Shown: positions 9,938-19,686 of the stretch, in pieces
Numbering within the stretch: the first letter of the stretch is position 1
Layout: each line of letters opens with the position of its first letter
IMG/VR virus record: IMGVR_UViG_3300030451_005868
Coordinates: 18,669-82,668 of that record
Strand: one strand, 5' to 3'
Length of the DNA: 64,000 nt
DNA from: a virus
Program-made: the position numbers and the translations under genes
The notes under the pieces: model-generated
Databases searched by the model: none
Seen by the model: the letters and a program-made list of their open reading frames with translations, nothing else
Told to the model about the DNA's origin: nothing

Positions 9938-10128
9938 TGAACAAGTGGATTGTGTTTATAATGATGGCTGTGGTAATTGCTATGTTTTGGAAGGGCATAG
10001 AAATACTAGGGAGAAGTGACACTAATAAATCTGTATTGTACGAAGGTCCAAAAAAATCAACAGAGCAGAGATGGAACGCCGCTTTTGAATGGATGAAGAA
10101 AAGGCAAAATGAGAATAAATCCAAATAA
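9937..10128 (+). CDS. Small membrane-anchored protein
   Basis: TAATG overlap; N-terminal hydrophobic helix. Confidence 0.55.
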   Translation: MNKWIVFIMMAVVIAMFWKGIEILGRSDTNKSVLYEGPKKSTEQRWNAAFEWMKKRQNENKSK

Positions 10129-10372
10129 TTTTTTTCAAAGAGAATTAAATGTATTACCTCCTCACTTTGTGAACACGGTAGTAAGAGCACACGAGGCAGA
10201 TGTTGAATTGATGCGTAAATGGATATATGAAAATTGTTCTGGTAGATATTCTATCACCAAAGATGTCATATTCAAAGACGGCAACAGTAGAAATGTCACA
10301 GTGCTTGGATTTGAAGATCCAGGCGATCTTACATTGTTCGCTTTATCAGGCGTGTTGCAGACCAGAGATTAA
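10109..10372 (+). CDS. Hypothetical phage protein
   Basis: WIYENCSGRY...LGFEDPGDLTLFAL; fits the operon. Confidence 0.7.
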   Translation: MRINPNNFFQRELNVLPPHFVNTVVRAHEADVELMRKWIYENCSGRYSITKDVIFKDGNSRNVTVLGFEDPGDLTLFALSGVLQTRD

Positions 10373-10379
10373 ATATTTC

Positions 10380-10967
10380 ATGGACACATCAGTATCCAAA
10401 TTAGAAAAAAAATTAGCACGATTTACAGGAGCACCATTTGTTGTCGCCACTGATTGTTGCACACACGCAATTGAATTGTGTTTAAGACTTGACAAAGTCA
10501 AAAAATTATCTTCAACTTGTTACACATATCTCAGTGTGCCCATGACATTTAAAAAGTTGAATATCAAATTTAAGTATACCGCAGAAAAATGGATTGGTGA
10601 ATATCAACTGCACGGCACTAGGATTTGGGACAGTGCTAGATTATTACATCCAAGAATGTACCGAGAAGGTCAATTGCAATGTCTTAGTTTTGGACACGGC
10701 AAACCAATAGACAACAAAAGAGGAGGTGCAATTTTGTGTGGATCAAAGAATGATTACGACCAATTAAAACAAATGAGTTATGATGGACGCGATCTCAAAC
10801 ACAAAAATTGGATTGATCAAAAAGTCTTCAATTTAGGATTTCATTACAATATGCCTTTTGAACACGCAGAGCAAATAATAAAACTACTTGCAATCTACAA
10901 AAATCAATCAAGTCATTTACCAAAAATAATAAATTATCCCGATTGTAGAAAAATCAAGATCAAATAG
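10380..10967 (+). CDS. Short DegT/DnrJ/EryC1/StrS-like PLP aminotransferase
   Basis: LEKKLARFTG..VATDCCTHAIELCL, WDSA, SFGHGKPI..GGAI; ATG 10380 follows TAAATA. Confidence 0.75.
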   Translation: MDTSVSKLEKKLARFTGAPFVVATDCCTHAIELCLRLDKVKKLSSTCYTYLSVPMTFKKLNIKFKYTAEKWIGEYQLHGTRIWDSARLLHPRMYREGQLQCLSFGHGKPIDNKRGGAILCGSKNDYDQLKQMSYDGRDLKHKNWIDQKVFNLGFHYNMPFEHAEQIIKLLAIYKNQSSHLPKIINYPDCRKIKIK

Positions 10968-10990
10968 ATTGGTAATTTTCCATATCCAAG

Positions 10991-11048
10991 TTGACCAACA
11001 TAATTAAATTATAGTATAATATGCGTATATTATATTAATTGCAATTAA
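10991..11048 (+). promoter_or_regulatory. Sigma70-like promoter with adjacent inverted repeats
   Basis: TTGACC-N18-TATAAT, then TATAATAT-gcgt-ATATTATA and TTAATTGCAATTAA. Confidence 0.6.
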
Positions 11049-11060
11049 GGAGAAACTAAA

Positions 11061-11369
11061 ATGGCAACAGATAAAACCGAAGCAACTTCTGATACTCAAG
11101 CGGCCGCGCAACCAACTGAGCAACCAGCAAGTGCTCAAGTTCCACAACAGGACCCTATGGCTTTATCAATTGGAGATCTAAAAAATCTCGCAGTGATAAT
11201 TGATGTGGCATCCAGTAGAGGTTCTTTCAAGGCCGCAGAGATGGCCAACGTTGGAACTTTGTACAACAAACTAACGGCATTTTTAGCCAAAGTGGCACCA
11301 GCAGATGGAAAACCTGCTGAGGCACCAATGAGTGCACCAGCAACCGCAGGTCAAACTCAGGAGAAATAA
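11061..11369 (+). CDS. Hypothetical phage protein
   Basis: AAGGAG RBS; core LSIGDL..IIDVASSRGSFKAAEM..VG.LYNKL with low-complexity ends. Confidence 0.8.
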   Translation: MATDKTEATSDTQAAAQPTEQPASAQVPQQDPMALSIGDLKNLAVIIDVASSRGSFKAAEMANVGTLYNKLTAFLAKVAPADGKPAEAPMSAPATAGQTQEK

Positions 11370-11370
11370 A

Positions 11371-11913
11371 ATGGCAAATTTAATGAACCTTAACCAAATG
11401 GCCATGGGACCAGACGCAGGCAATCAAGAAGGACAAGTTGAAAGAAAATACTTCAAACATGTTGGCGAACTTGCAGACGAATCCAAAGCCAAGGTTGTGG
11501 TGGTATTCAGAGTGGTTCCCGGCGAATCAAACAACTGTCTTGTAGTTGGAACAAAATTCTTACCAGACATGTACCATAACGGATTAATGAAAGCAGTCGA
11601 ATCAGAAGGTGGACAAGCCGCAGAAGAACTTGGCACTTTTCTTGCTAGACAAACATTCGCAGACGGTACAAACATGTTGGCTGTGCTGAACAACGACAAC
11701 TACATCAAGAAGTTCAAAACCAAAGACATTGTGATGACATATGGTCCAACCGAAGAGGGTAAAATTACTCTCAACAAGTTGAACGAATTGATCGCAAAAG
11801 AAAAAGGTGTAAAAGTCAGCGAACTAGCAGTAGAAGACGACACACCAAAAGCAGAGGCACCAGCAAAAAAACCAGCAAAAAAAACTGATGCCAAAGAAGC
11901 CGCCAAAAAATAG
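11371..11913 (+). CDS. Hypothetical phage protein
   Basis: AGGAG RBS favours ATG 11371; K/A/P-rich tail. Confidence 0.75.
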   Translation: MANLMNLNQMAMGPDAGNQEGQVERKYFKHVGELADESKAKVVVVFRVVPGESNNCLVVGTKFLPDMYHNGLMKAVESEGGQAAEELGTFLARQTFADGTNMLAVLNNDNYIKKFKTKDIVMTYGPTEEGKITLNKLNELIAKEKGVKVSELAVEDDTPKAEAPAKKPAKKTDAKEAAKK

Positions 11914-12277
11914 TAACTGGGTACAATTAACAAAAAATTTTGTTAAGGAATGGCCGGAAGTTTTGGAAGGACTAGAATTCCAAAACATGCCGGTCAAATA
12001 CCTAGAAAAAGTAGAACTAATACTTAAAAACTGTGTTACAATTGTGATTGATATACGATCGCAAATGAAATCCACAAAATTTCCTTTAAGTGGACCAACC
12101 AGCATGTCAAAAACTTCCGTTGATAGACAGCAAAAAATTGCTAAATTTTTACAGGACACAATTAAAACAAACTACTACAAGATAAAACATGTAGAGTTAA
12201 AATTTGATATTCCAGCACTTAAAAAAGATATGGAATCAAAAACCAGTGCAATCTTACAAAAAACTTTTCAAAAATAA
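11888..12277 (+). CDS. Hypothetical phage protein
   Basis: Last + strand gene; abuts the convergent gene with no gap. Confidence 0.7.
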   Translation: MPKKPPKNSNWVQLTKNFVKEWPEVLEGLEFQNMPVKYLEKVELILKNCVTIVIDIRSQMKSTKFPLSGPTSMSKTSVDRQQKIAKFLQDTIKTNYYKIKHVELKFDIPALKKDMESKTSAILQKTFQK

Positions 12278-14593
12278 TTATTGATATTTTTGCTTGAACT
12301 GTTCGTTGAGCCAATCTAGTTCAAAACTCTTTTTTAATGCGCTCATATCATGTTTGTGTTGTTGATAATATTCTGTGGCGTCTTTGGCCGCAAGGTATAC
12401 GTAATCTGCGTATTTGTCTGTACCTAATTGCATCCATTTTTTTAATCTATACTTTGACTCCACCGTGGGTGTCATCTGTAATAATTTTAAAACTTCTCTG
12501 AAAGTTGTTCTCCAACTCATAATAGCAGTTTGATTAAAACGATTTACACAACTTAGAATTGGCACATAATCATGAGGAGCGGACAATGTGAAATCCAAAC
12601 CAGGCCTTGCTGTTTCCATGACTAATTTTTTGTTATACAGTAATACTGCTCCATGGCCATATTCTAAACCTGTCACAGGATTACGAGCATTAAAAATATA
12701 GTGGCAAGGATTCTTCATTCTATCAGGTTGGAAGTCAAATTTAAAACTTTCAACAAGATCCTGTTTAGGTGTCACAAAGAAAAAGTAATCTGTTTCACTC
12801 ATTTGAGCCGCAGTGATGTAGGCCAATGATCTCATATTGATGCCTTTGCACCATTTTGCTCTTGGATAACTTTTGCGTAATTTTTCAAATTGACTTTGGG
12901 CATTTGGCTCATCGTAACTAAGAAACACAATGTCCATGGGTTTTACCTCATAATCATAGTCAAAATGCACGTGTCTATCAACATCATAAAACTGTGTGAA
13001 TTTCTGCCTATAAGGAATCAACATGATATCTTTGGTGGGGCCCCATGAATATATTTTTTCATCTTCCCAATAACTAGGAAAAAAATTAGGCATTTTTTCA
13101 ATGTTCAAGTCTTTGTTTACCATCCATCTGTAATACTTAGGCTCATCATTCTGAAATGAACCAATTGGATCTTGTAGATCAAACACAGTCTTTGGCAACC
13201 AATTCTGGAAAAGGTTATCGTGTGCATGATACTTGATGTCTTGATAATCACGTAAATAATTCAACTTGGATATTTGTTGTTTCAATGCCCTTGTTGGAAT
13301 AAGAAATACATTTCCTTCCTTGTTCGTTCCGCCCAACGGATGCGTATTGTACCATACATGTATTTGATCGCTTTCTAGCACATCTGGAATAAAATTTTTA
13401 TCTACAGTCTTTAGATCCATAAAGTTTGCAAAGAACCAAAAATATTCAGTTTTGATATCGTCAATTACGGATTTAAGCACAGTCAAATAACTGTCTACAA
13501 AGGGTACTATTCTAGTATTTTCAAAAGGTGACGGCCATGTTTTTGTATTTTTAAAACGGACTTGCACACTATCAAAATTTTTATCCTTGATGCATATTTC
13601 ACCTCCACTTGAGTTTTCCCAAAAACTAGGATACATCTTTGTGTTGTCAATATTACTCTCCGCATCAACTAACTTGATGTGTAATTTTTTACCTTTGTTG
13701 AAACGCTTATGTATTTCATAGATGTTACTACTGGATTTTTCTTGTAGTGTTTCGTTTTTATGGTAGTTAATCTGTTGGTAATCTCTAAGACATTTAAGTT
13801 TGGGTAGTTGCTGTTTGAAAGACTTTGTGGGTATCAAAAACAGATTACCTTCTTTGTTACTCCCTGGCTTGTACCATGTGTGTATTTGGTCACTTTCAAT
13901 TGCATCTGGCACATAATATATGTCTGCTGTACTCATGTCCACAAAATCTGCAAACATCCAAAAGTATTCTGTCTTTATATCATCTATCACTGTTTTCACA
14001 GTATCTAAATAACTGTTTGTAAAGTCAACATCTCGAGTATTTTTCCAAGGCGATCTACTTGAATCAGTATTGAATCTTACCTGCACAGCATCAAAACTTT
14101 GATCATTTATAAAAACTACTCCGCCATAATCTGCTTCCCAAAAACTGCTGAATTTTCTAGTCATTTTTTTGTCGGTATAATGTATCCTATATTTTTTATT
14201 AGCGTTTACACATGGTGTTTCATTGATGTGTTTTACAGGATGATAATTTACGTGATCGTATTCTCTAAGTGCTTGTAACCTATTGATTTGTTTTTTAAAG
14301 GCGTTGGTTGGTATAAGAAACACGTTTCCTTCTTTACAGGCTACTTGATCTGAATTATTAAACCAAACATGTATTTGATCTTTTTCGTGTTGCTCAGGAA
14401 TAAAATCAAAGTCTAAAAAAGAGATGTCAACGAAATCAGCAAACATCCAAAAGTATTCTGTTTTTATATTGTGTATTTCTTGTTTTAAAACATCTAGATA
14501 ACTTAGATTAAATTGCACCTGCCTAGTGTTGGCAAATGGAGATTCGTAAGTTGTGTTACCAAAGGTTATCTGGATACTGTCGAATCCATTCAT
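12278..14593 (-). CDS. Multi-domain glycosyltransferase-like protein (three repeated domains plus a C-terminal GT-A-like domain)
   Basis: Three FD[SA]xQxxF..SYLxxxK....IKTEYFWxFA...KEGNxFLIPT repeats; C-terminal MDIVFLSYDEPNA domain paralogous to 25670..26566. Confidence 0.6.
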   Translation of the reverse strand: MNGFDSIQITFGNTTYESPFANTRQVQFNLSYLDVLKQEIHNIKTEYFWMFADFVDISFLDFDFIPEQHEKDQIHVWFNNSDQVACKEGNVFLIPTNAFKKQINRLQALREYDHVNYHPVKHINETPCVNANKKYRIHYTDKKMTRKFSSFWEADYGGVVFINDQSFDAVQVRFNTDSSRSPWKNTRDVDFTNSYLDTVKTVIDDIKTEYFWMFADFVDMSTADIYYVPDAIESDQIHTWYKPGSNKEGNLFLIPTKSFKQQLPKLKCLRDYQQINYHKNETLQEKSSSNIYEIHKRFNKGKKLHIKLVDAESNIDNTKMYPSFWENSSGGEICIKDKNFDSVQVRFKNTKTWPSPFENTRIVPFVDSYLTVLKSVIDDIKTEYFWFFANFMDLKTVDKNFIPDVLESDQIHVWYNTHPLGGTNKEGNVFLIPTRALKQQISKLNYLRDYQDIKYHAHDNLFQNWLPKTVFDLQDPIGSFQNDEPKYYRWMVNKDLNIEKMPNFFPSYWEDEKIYSWGPTKDIMLIPYRQKFTQFYDVDRHVHFDYDYEVKPMDIVFLSYDEPNAQSQFEKLRKSYPRAKWCKGINMRSLAYITAAQMSETDYFFFVTPKQDLVESFKFDFQPDRMKNPCHYIFNARNPVTGLEYGHGAVLLYNKKLVMETARPGLDFTLSAPHDYVPILSCVNRFNQTAIMSWRTTFREVLKLLQMTPTVESKYRLKKWMQLGTDKYADYVYLAAKDATEYYQQHKHDMSALKKSFELDWLNEQFKQKYQ

Positions 14594-15518
14594 AATATTT
14601 TTCTAATCCTTGTCGTAAGTTATATTCAGGTTGGTATTTGATTAGATCTTTTGCACGGCTTATATCTAGTGTGCCACGGGCAGGGTACAGACTATGATTA
14701 CCTATGTCTTCAATATCTGACTTACTGCCTGTGATATCGATTATAGTTTCAGCAAGTGTTCTTAGACTTGTAGCATTTCCTGTGGTGATATTAAGACTAA
14801 CATTGGCCACTTTGGATAGTGTGGCTTTTATGATGCCTTGTGCCGCGTCTTCTCTATAGGTGAAATCAACTTTGTTGTTTCCGTTGTGTAGTGTAATTGG
14901 TTCGTCTTTCACTGCATTTGCAAAAAACTTTGACACGACTCTATCAGGCAGATCACCTGGACCATACACTCCGCTGGGTCTCACAATTACATAATTTAAA
15001 TTATCACGTTTTGAAAACAATTTTACTAGACGTTCACCTGCCAACTTGGCCTCTCCGTATATATTCATTGGTTTGGTTTTTGATCCTTCACGTGTGCCGT
15101 CTTTGAAGTTGCCATACACCATTGATGAACTAATGTATACAAATTTTGACACACCAAATTTACTAGAATGCCAAAGCAGATTTGTAGTGGTGTTGATAAC
15201 TTTGGGTATGCCATTGATTGGATCCTTATCAACAATTTTTGCTCTTGGATATGTTGCTAAATGAATCACAGCATCTGGAATATGCGAAAATGCTTTTAAG
15301 CAAACTAACCTGTCCAGCACGTCGCCGTCTATCACATTGATATTTTTATGATTCCAATTACGCATACGCCAATTCATTAAATTTTTCAATTGTTCGTCGT
15401 TCATTAATCCGTATGTGTCTCGGTTATCAACCACAATTACTTTGTTATCTTGTGACAATTCTTCCACAATTTTTGAACCAATAAATCCTTTTCCGCCTGT
15501 GACTAATATTTTTTTCAT
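14556..15518 (-). CDS. NAD-dependent NDP-sugar epimerase/dehydratase
   Basis: ILVTGGKGFIG, VIHLA, YISSSMVYG, YGEAK (YxxxK), RPSGVYGP. Confidence 0.92.
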   Translation of the reverse strand: MKKILVTGGKGFIGSKIVEELSQDNKVIVVDNRDTYGLMNDEQLKNLMNWRMRNWNHKNINVIDGDVLDRLVCLKAFSHIPDAVIHLATYPRAKIVDKDPINGIPKVINTTTNLLWHSSKFGVSKFVYISSSMVYGNFKDGTREGSKTKPMNIYGEAKLAGERLVKLFSKRDNLNYVIVRPSGVYGPGDLPDRVVSKFFANAVKDEPITLHNGNNKVDFTYREDAAQGIIKATLSKVANVSLNITTGNATSLRTLAETIIDITGSKSDIEDIGNHSLYPARGTLDISRAKDLIKYQPEYNLRQGLEKYYEWIRQYPDNLW

Positions 15519-15546
15519 TTATTTGTATAGTTGCCTGTGATACCAA

Positions 15547-17028
15547 TCAACACACTTTTACTCCATACTTTTTGGAAAATGCTTCAGCATCTTCTCTGTC
15601 ATTTACAATTGGCTGTCCCTTTATGTTCAAACTGGTATTCAATAGTATCGGACAACCAGTCTGTTTCTTCCATTCTGTCAGTAGTGCATGAAAGCCTGGA
15701 TTATCTGTTTTTCGCACAGTTTGTACCCTAGAAGTGTTATCATAGTGTATTATGGCAGGAAAGTCTTTACCATGCGTACACGCCGCTGTATATTGCATAT
15801 AAGGGGTGTTTTTAACACCTGTAGGTAGGTCAAAATACTCGTTTACATCTTCTTCTAATATGGCTGGAGCAAACGGTCTAAACTTCTGTCTCTTCTTAAT
15901 TGCATTTACCAAATCCTTAATTTCTTTGCCTCTTGGATCCGCCAACAGCGATCTATTACCAAGTGCCCGTGGCCCAAACTCTGCTCTACCATTTGCAACT
16001 CCCACCATTTTGTTTTCTTTCAATTCTTTAATAATAGCGTCTACAGGATATTCGCCATCTATGTTGTGTCCCAAGAATGGATGTTGCCAATCAATCTGTT
16101 TACTTTCTGATGCCGCTATACATCCTATACTTGAACCTGCATCACCTGGATTGGGAATAATCCAAATATTTTCAAACAATCCTAAATTTGCAAGAGTTCT
16201 GTTTGCGGCACAGTTCAATGCAACACCGCCTGCATAAACTAAATTTTTGTTTCCAAATCCTGCATACTTGCTGGCACGTATCCATAAGTCTGTGAGACAT
16301 TCTTCAGTGACTGCTTGTACACTTGCGGCTAGATCCATTACGTCTGCATTGGGTTTCCAATTGCCTATACCTTTGTGTAGATTACGTTTTAATCTAAATG
16401 GATTACGTGTCACAAAATCTTTGTATATTTCATCTTTGTATATTGGCCGACCATAAGCACTCATACCCATCAAAATATATTCTTCTTCAGCAGGTTTAAG
16501 TCCACATCGTTGTGTAAACGCCGAATACAATATACCTATGCTGTGAGGATATTGTTGTGATTCCATGTGCTGTATTGCTTTCTGATTATAACCTTTTGAA
16601 ATAGATATTGTTTCCCATTCTCCAATTGCATCCACGGTAAGAATTACTGCATCCTTAAATCCAGATGTAAAATATCCTGCGGCGGCATGAGAGGCATGAT
16701 GTTTTACATATTGGTCAATTCTCAAACCAAATTTTTTCATATGATGTTCTGGCATTTCTTTTCTGTCAAAAGCAGTTCTAAATTGTGTGGCATAAAATTG
16801 TCTTGTTTTTTTCAGTATAGGTTTTTCGTAATAGACAACCTTATCAATAGGAACATAAGATACTGCTTCATTTACAATATCCCAATTTAGATAGTGATCA
16901 TTTTTTATTTTTGAATATCTTTCACTATGAGCCGCCCATAATATCTTGCCAGGCGCTTTGTTGTCCTCAAACTCTACCACTGCCATAGCGGCATCGTGGT
17001 TCATACAATTTACCCCTAGTATTCTCAT
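15547..17028 (-). CDS. Carbamoyltransferase, NodU/CmcH/TobZ family
   Basis: HDAA, ERYSKIK, HHASHAA, GGVALNC, EFGPRALGNRS, FRPFAP, LLNTSLN. Confidence 0.95.
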   Translation of the reverse strand: MRILGVNCMNHDAAMAVVEFEDNKAPGKILWAAHSERYSKIKNDHYLNWDIVNEAVSYVPIDKVVYYEKPILKKTRQFYATQFRTAFDRKEMPEHHMKKFGLRIDQYVKHHASHAAAGYFTSGFKDAVILTVDAIGEWETISISKGYNQKAIQHMESQQYPHSIGILYSAFTQRCGLKPAEEEYILMGMSAYGRPIYKDEIYKDFVTRNPFRLKRNLHKGIGNWKPNADVMDLAASVQAVTEECLTDLWIRASKYAGFGNKNLVYAGGVALNCAANRTLANLGLFENIWIIPNPGDAGSSIGCIAASESKQIDWQHPFLGHNIDGEYPVDAIIKELKENKMVGVANGRAEFGPRALGNRSLLADPRGKEIKDLVNAIKKRQKFRPFAPAILEEDVNEYFDLPTGVKNTPYMQYTAACTHGKDFPAIIHYDNTSRVQTVRKTDNPGFHALLTEWKKQTGCPILLNTSLNIKGQPIVNDREDAEAFSKKYGVKVC

Positions 17029-17588
17029 TTAATCTTGAACCAACCCTTTGCACGTTCCAGGTATTTCTCCCATTCTTCTAATTCAATATCATATTCAAAA
17101 TTTTGTGAAGTTTCATTTACTTGTAATTCTTTAGCACCATTTTTAATATGAAAATTACGTGCCATGTCTGTTAATGGACTCAAGGTTACTAATCTGTTTA
17201 GATGATTAGACTTTTTAACCATTTTGTACACTTCATTTACAATAGCACGTCCACCGCCTCTTTTTTTGGCCCATACAGTGTAGGCTATTGCAATCGATCC
17301 TTGAACTCCCGCACGATGTACAGCCTTCATGGCGGCATCCTTACTTAGAACTTCCATTTCTTCAACTGTTTTAGGGACTTCATCAGTGAAAGCAAAACAC
17401 ATTACAGCGGCAATGTCTCCTTCGCTGTCCTTTAGTCCATAAATTTTTCTACCATATGCTTGTCTAAATTCGAGATTAAGTTCAGGACGTACCGGATCCT
17501 CCTCACAATCGATGTATGGTAATTCTATTAATTCATACTTGGGTTTTTTCTCAAGTACTTTTGCAATTTTTTGTTTGATCGTATTCAT
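17025..17588 (-). CDS. GNAT-fold-like protein
   Basis: AIAYTVW..KRGGGRAIV...LVTLSP..ARNFHIKNGA resembles acyl-CoA-binding motifs and the malonyl-CoA decarboxylase TLSP motif. Confidence 0.5.
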   Translation of the reverse strand: MNTIKQKIAKVLEKKPKYELIELPYIDCEEDPVRPELNLEFRQAYGRKIYGLKDSEGDIAAVMCFAFTDEVPKTVEEMEVLSKDAAMKAVHRAGVQGSIAIAYTVWAKKRGGGRAIVNEVYKMVKKSNHLNRLVTLSPLTDMARNFHIKNGAKELQVNETSQNFEYDIELEEWEKYLERAKGWFKIK

Positions 17589-17589
17589 A

Positions 17590-17694
17590 TTATTTGTATA
17601 TAAATGGGTCTTTTTTCTTTAATTCTTTAAGTCTTTTTCTATAGGCCATTTCTTGTTTGATCTTTGTGATCAAGTTTTTAAGCCATGTGATCAT
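17590..17694 (-). CDS. Small basic protein, 34 aa (not in the ORF track)
   Basis: MITWLKNLITKIKQEMAYRKRLKELKKKDPFIYK; GGAGG RBS and ATGA overlap, fills the gap exactly. Confidence 0.7.
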   Translation of the reverse strand: MITWLKNLITKIKQEMAYRKRLKELKKKDPFIYK

Positions 17695-18491
17695 GTTTGT
17701 CCTCCTATTATTCTTTTAAACTCTGGTAACATTAATTTTACAGCATCTTCATGCGATTCGTCAAGTGGATGAGTTGTGCCACGGGCATAGTCATTCATAA
17801 GTGCCCACTGGTTGAATCCCATCATTCTTTCACCAAAACTATACCAATTGGTTATATCAATCTCATTGAACATATTTTCCATCAGAGGATCTAACGACTT
17901 TTTATGATTTAAATTGTCATAAAACACACAGTTGTCTGCTAGAGTAAAAAAATATGGTATTTTTCTTTTTTCCAAAATATTTTGTAACCAAATAATACTC
18001 TTCCAACTTAGATAAGTTTCGTGGTAATCGTTAGCGGCGTATTTGTATAGACTACTTGCAAAAGGTCTTACTCCAGCATCCTGGAAATTTTTTTGTCTAA
18101 TTTTATGTAGTTTCATTTGTACTTGATTATTATGTAACATTGATTCTGCTTCAGCATCTCCGGCTTCTGTCTCCCACGGGGTAATTGACGCCCATCTATT
18201 ATTTTCTAAAATTGCGTGTGGTGGCATGGCCCAGTCATATCTGGAAATAAAAGTCCACATCACTGCAACACATTTGACATCTGTGTTTTTGGTGACAGTT
18301 TCAAATACTTTTCTGGCTATCGCTTGGTTTCCGATACCACCTCTGGCACAGCAAAGATAATTGTCTGCCACTTGGCTTTGTTCGTAAATTTGATAGGCCC
18401 ATGATTTTTTACTAGGGTACCTACTCTCAAAATCATCACTCAATTCGTTTCCAAAAGTGAAACTACAACCGCCTGAAATAAAATTACTCAT
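17691..18491 (-). CDS. SGNH-like protein
   Basis: GGCSFTFG, GIGNQAIAR, VAVMWT and C-terminal THPLDESH; start placed at MSNFISG. Confidence 0.6.
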   Translation of the reverse strand: MSNFISGGCSFTFGNELSDDFESRYPSKKSWAYQIYEQSQVADNYLCCARGGIGNQAIARKVFETVTKNTDVKCVAVMWTFISRYDWAMPPHAILENNRWASITPWETEAGDAEAESMLHNNQVQMKLHKIRQKNFQDAGVRPFASSLYKYAANDYHETYLSWKSIIWLQNILEKRKIPYFFTLADNCVFYDNLNHKKSLDPLMENMFNEIDITNWYSFGERMMGFNQWALMNDYARGTTHPLDESHEDAVKLMLPEFKRIIGGQT

Positions 18492-19686
18492 AAATTTTAA
18501 ACTCCTTATCCAGTTCTGGAAAAGTTTTGGCAAAATTTTCCTTACGAATATAGTCCACAGATTTAATGGAACTTATTAATTTGTTATACCAATTTTCAAC
18601 TTTTTTTCCAGGAGTATCTTTAAGGTAGTCCAAAGCAGACTGTAATTCAGATTTGTATATATCGCATTTTTTTATTTTTTCTAAAACTTTATTTTTGAAC
18701 GAAGTTGGCAATTGCTGAACATCATAAACTTCAGGTTGGTGTAAAACATTTATATACCAAAAATCAGGCTCCCATTCTTTTACAACTTTTGCTAATTCGT
18801 CAAGATAAAAAATGTTGAAAAAATTAATTGTAGTGCAAACCTGAATAGATAAATTTTTTAATCCACTTGCCTTAAATTTTTCAATATTTTTCTTAACTTC
18901 GATCCATTTAGCATTTGTCCTTTGGTATTCAAAACGGTCTCCCACATCATCTATACTAAATGCTACTTCTATTCTTTTGAAATGCGGCCATATGTCCTTT
19001 ATTGCTTTATCAGGATACTGTGTGCCGTTTGTATTGTAATGTACGTCAATTAATTTTGAAGACCCTTTATCTATACACTTTTGTAAAATATCAAATTGTT
19101 CTTTTATCATTAAAGGCTCACCGCCTGTGATTTCAAAAAATCTAATTTGTTCCACATGCTCAGCAATACTATCTAAAAAAGCATTTTTTTCTCTCGGCCA
19201 GGCTCCCTCTTTATTATATTGTTTCCATTGTTTATCTTGGTCTGGATTTAATTTAATCATATCGGATACCCATTGCGAACTTGAATGTGGTGAACATATC
19301 CTACATTTCAAGTTGCAAATATTTCCAAGTTTTAGATCAATAAAATGCGGAGCAACGATGTTTTTCTTAATGGCATACTGACCTAACGTGCCCGCCTTAT
19401 TCCACATGTGCTGTCTTTTTGAAGTTTTACCCACTGCTTCCTCCTTCCAGCAACTGGAACATCCATCTGGCCTTTTTCCATCTAAAAACTCTTGCCTTAA
19501 AGTGTCCATAAAATTTGAATTTTGAACTTCTTTAATTTTGTTTTTTAATGTTGTGTATCTATTGTTATTACTATCTGTAATTGTTCCTTTGTATAGACAA
19601 CACGGCCTATAGTTACCGGTTGCAGTGGTCTCTAGTGAAGTCCACGGAAGATGACACAAATTAGAATCTAAATACTGTGCCACCAT
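18484..19686 (-). CDS. Radical SAM protein with N-terminal twitch/SPASM-like domain (5 of 5)
   Basis: CHLPW..PCC..CSSC, then CNLKCRIC, TGGEP. Confidence 0.9.
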   Translation of the reverse strand: MVAQYLDSNLCHLPWTSLETTATGNYRPCCLYKGTITDSNNNRYTTLKNKIKEVQNSNFMDTLRQEFLDGKRPDGCSSCWKEEAVGKTSKRQHMWNKAGTLGQYAIKKNIVAPHFIDLKLGNICNLKCRICSPHSSSQWVSDMIKLNPDQDKQWKQYNKEGAWPREKNAFLDSIAEHVEQIRFFEITGGEPLMIKEQFDILQKCIDKGSSKLIDVHYNTNGTQYPDKAIKDIWPHFKRIEVAFSIDDVGDRFEYQRTNAKWIEVKKNIEKFKASGLKNLSIQVCTTINFFNIFYLDELAKVVKEWEPDFWYINVLHQPEVYDVQQLPTSFKNKVLEKIKKCDIYKSELQSALDYLKDTPGKKVENWYNKLISSIKSVDYIRKENFAKTFPELDKEFKIYE

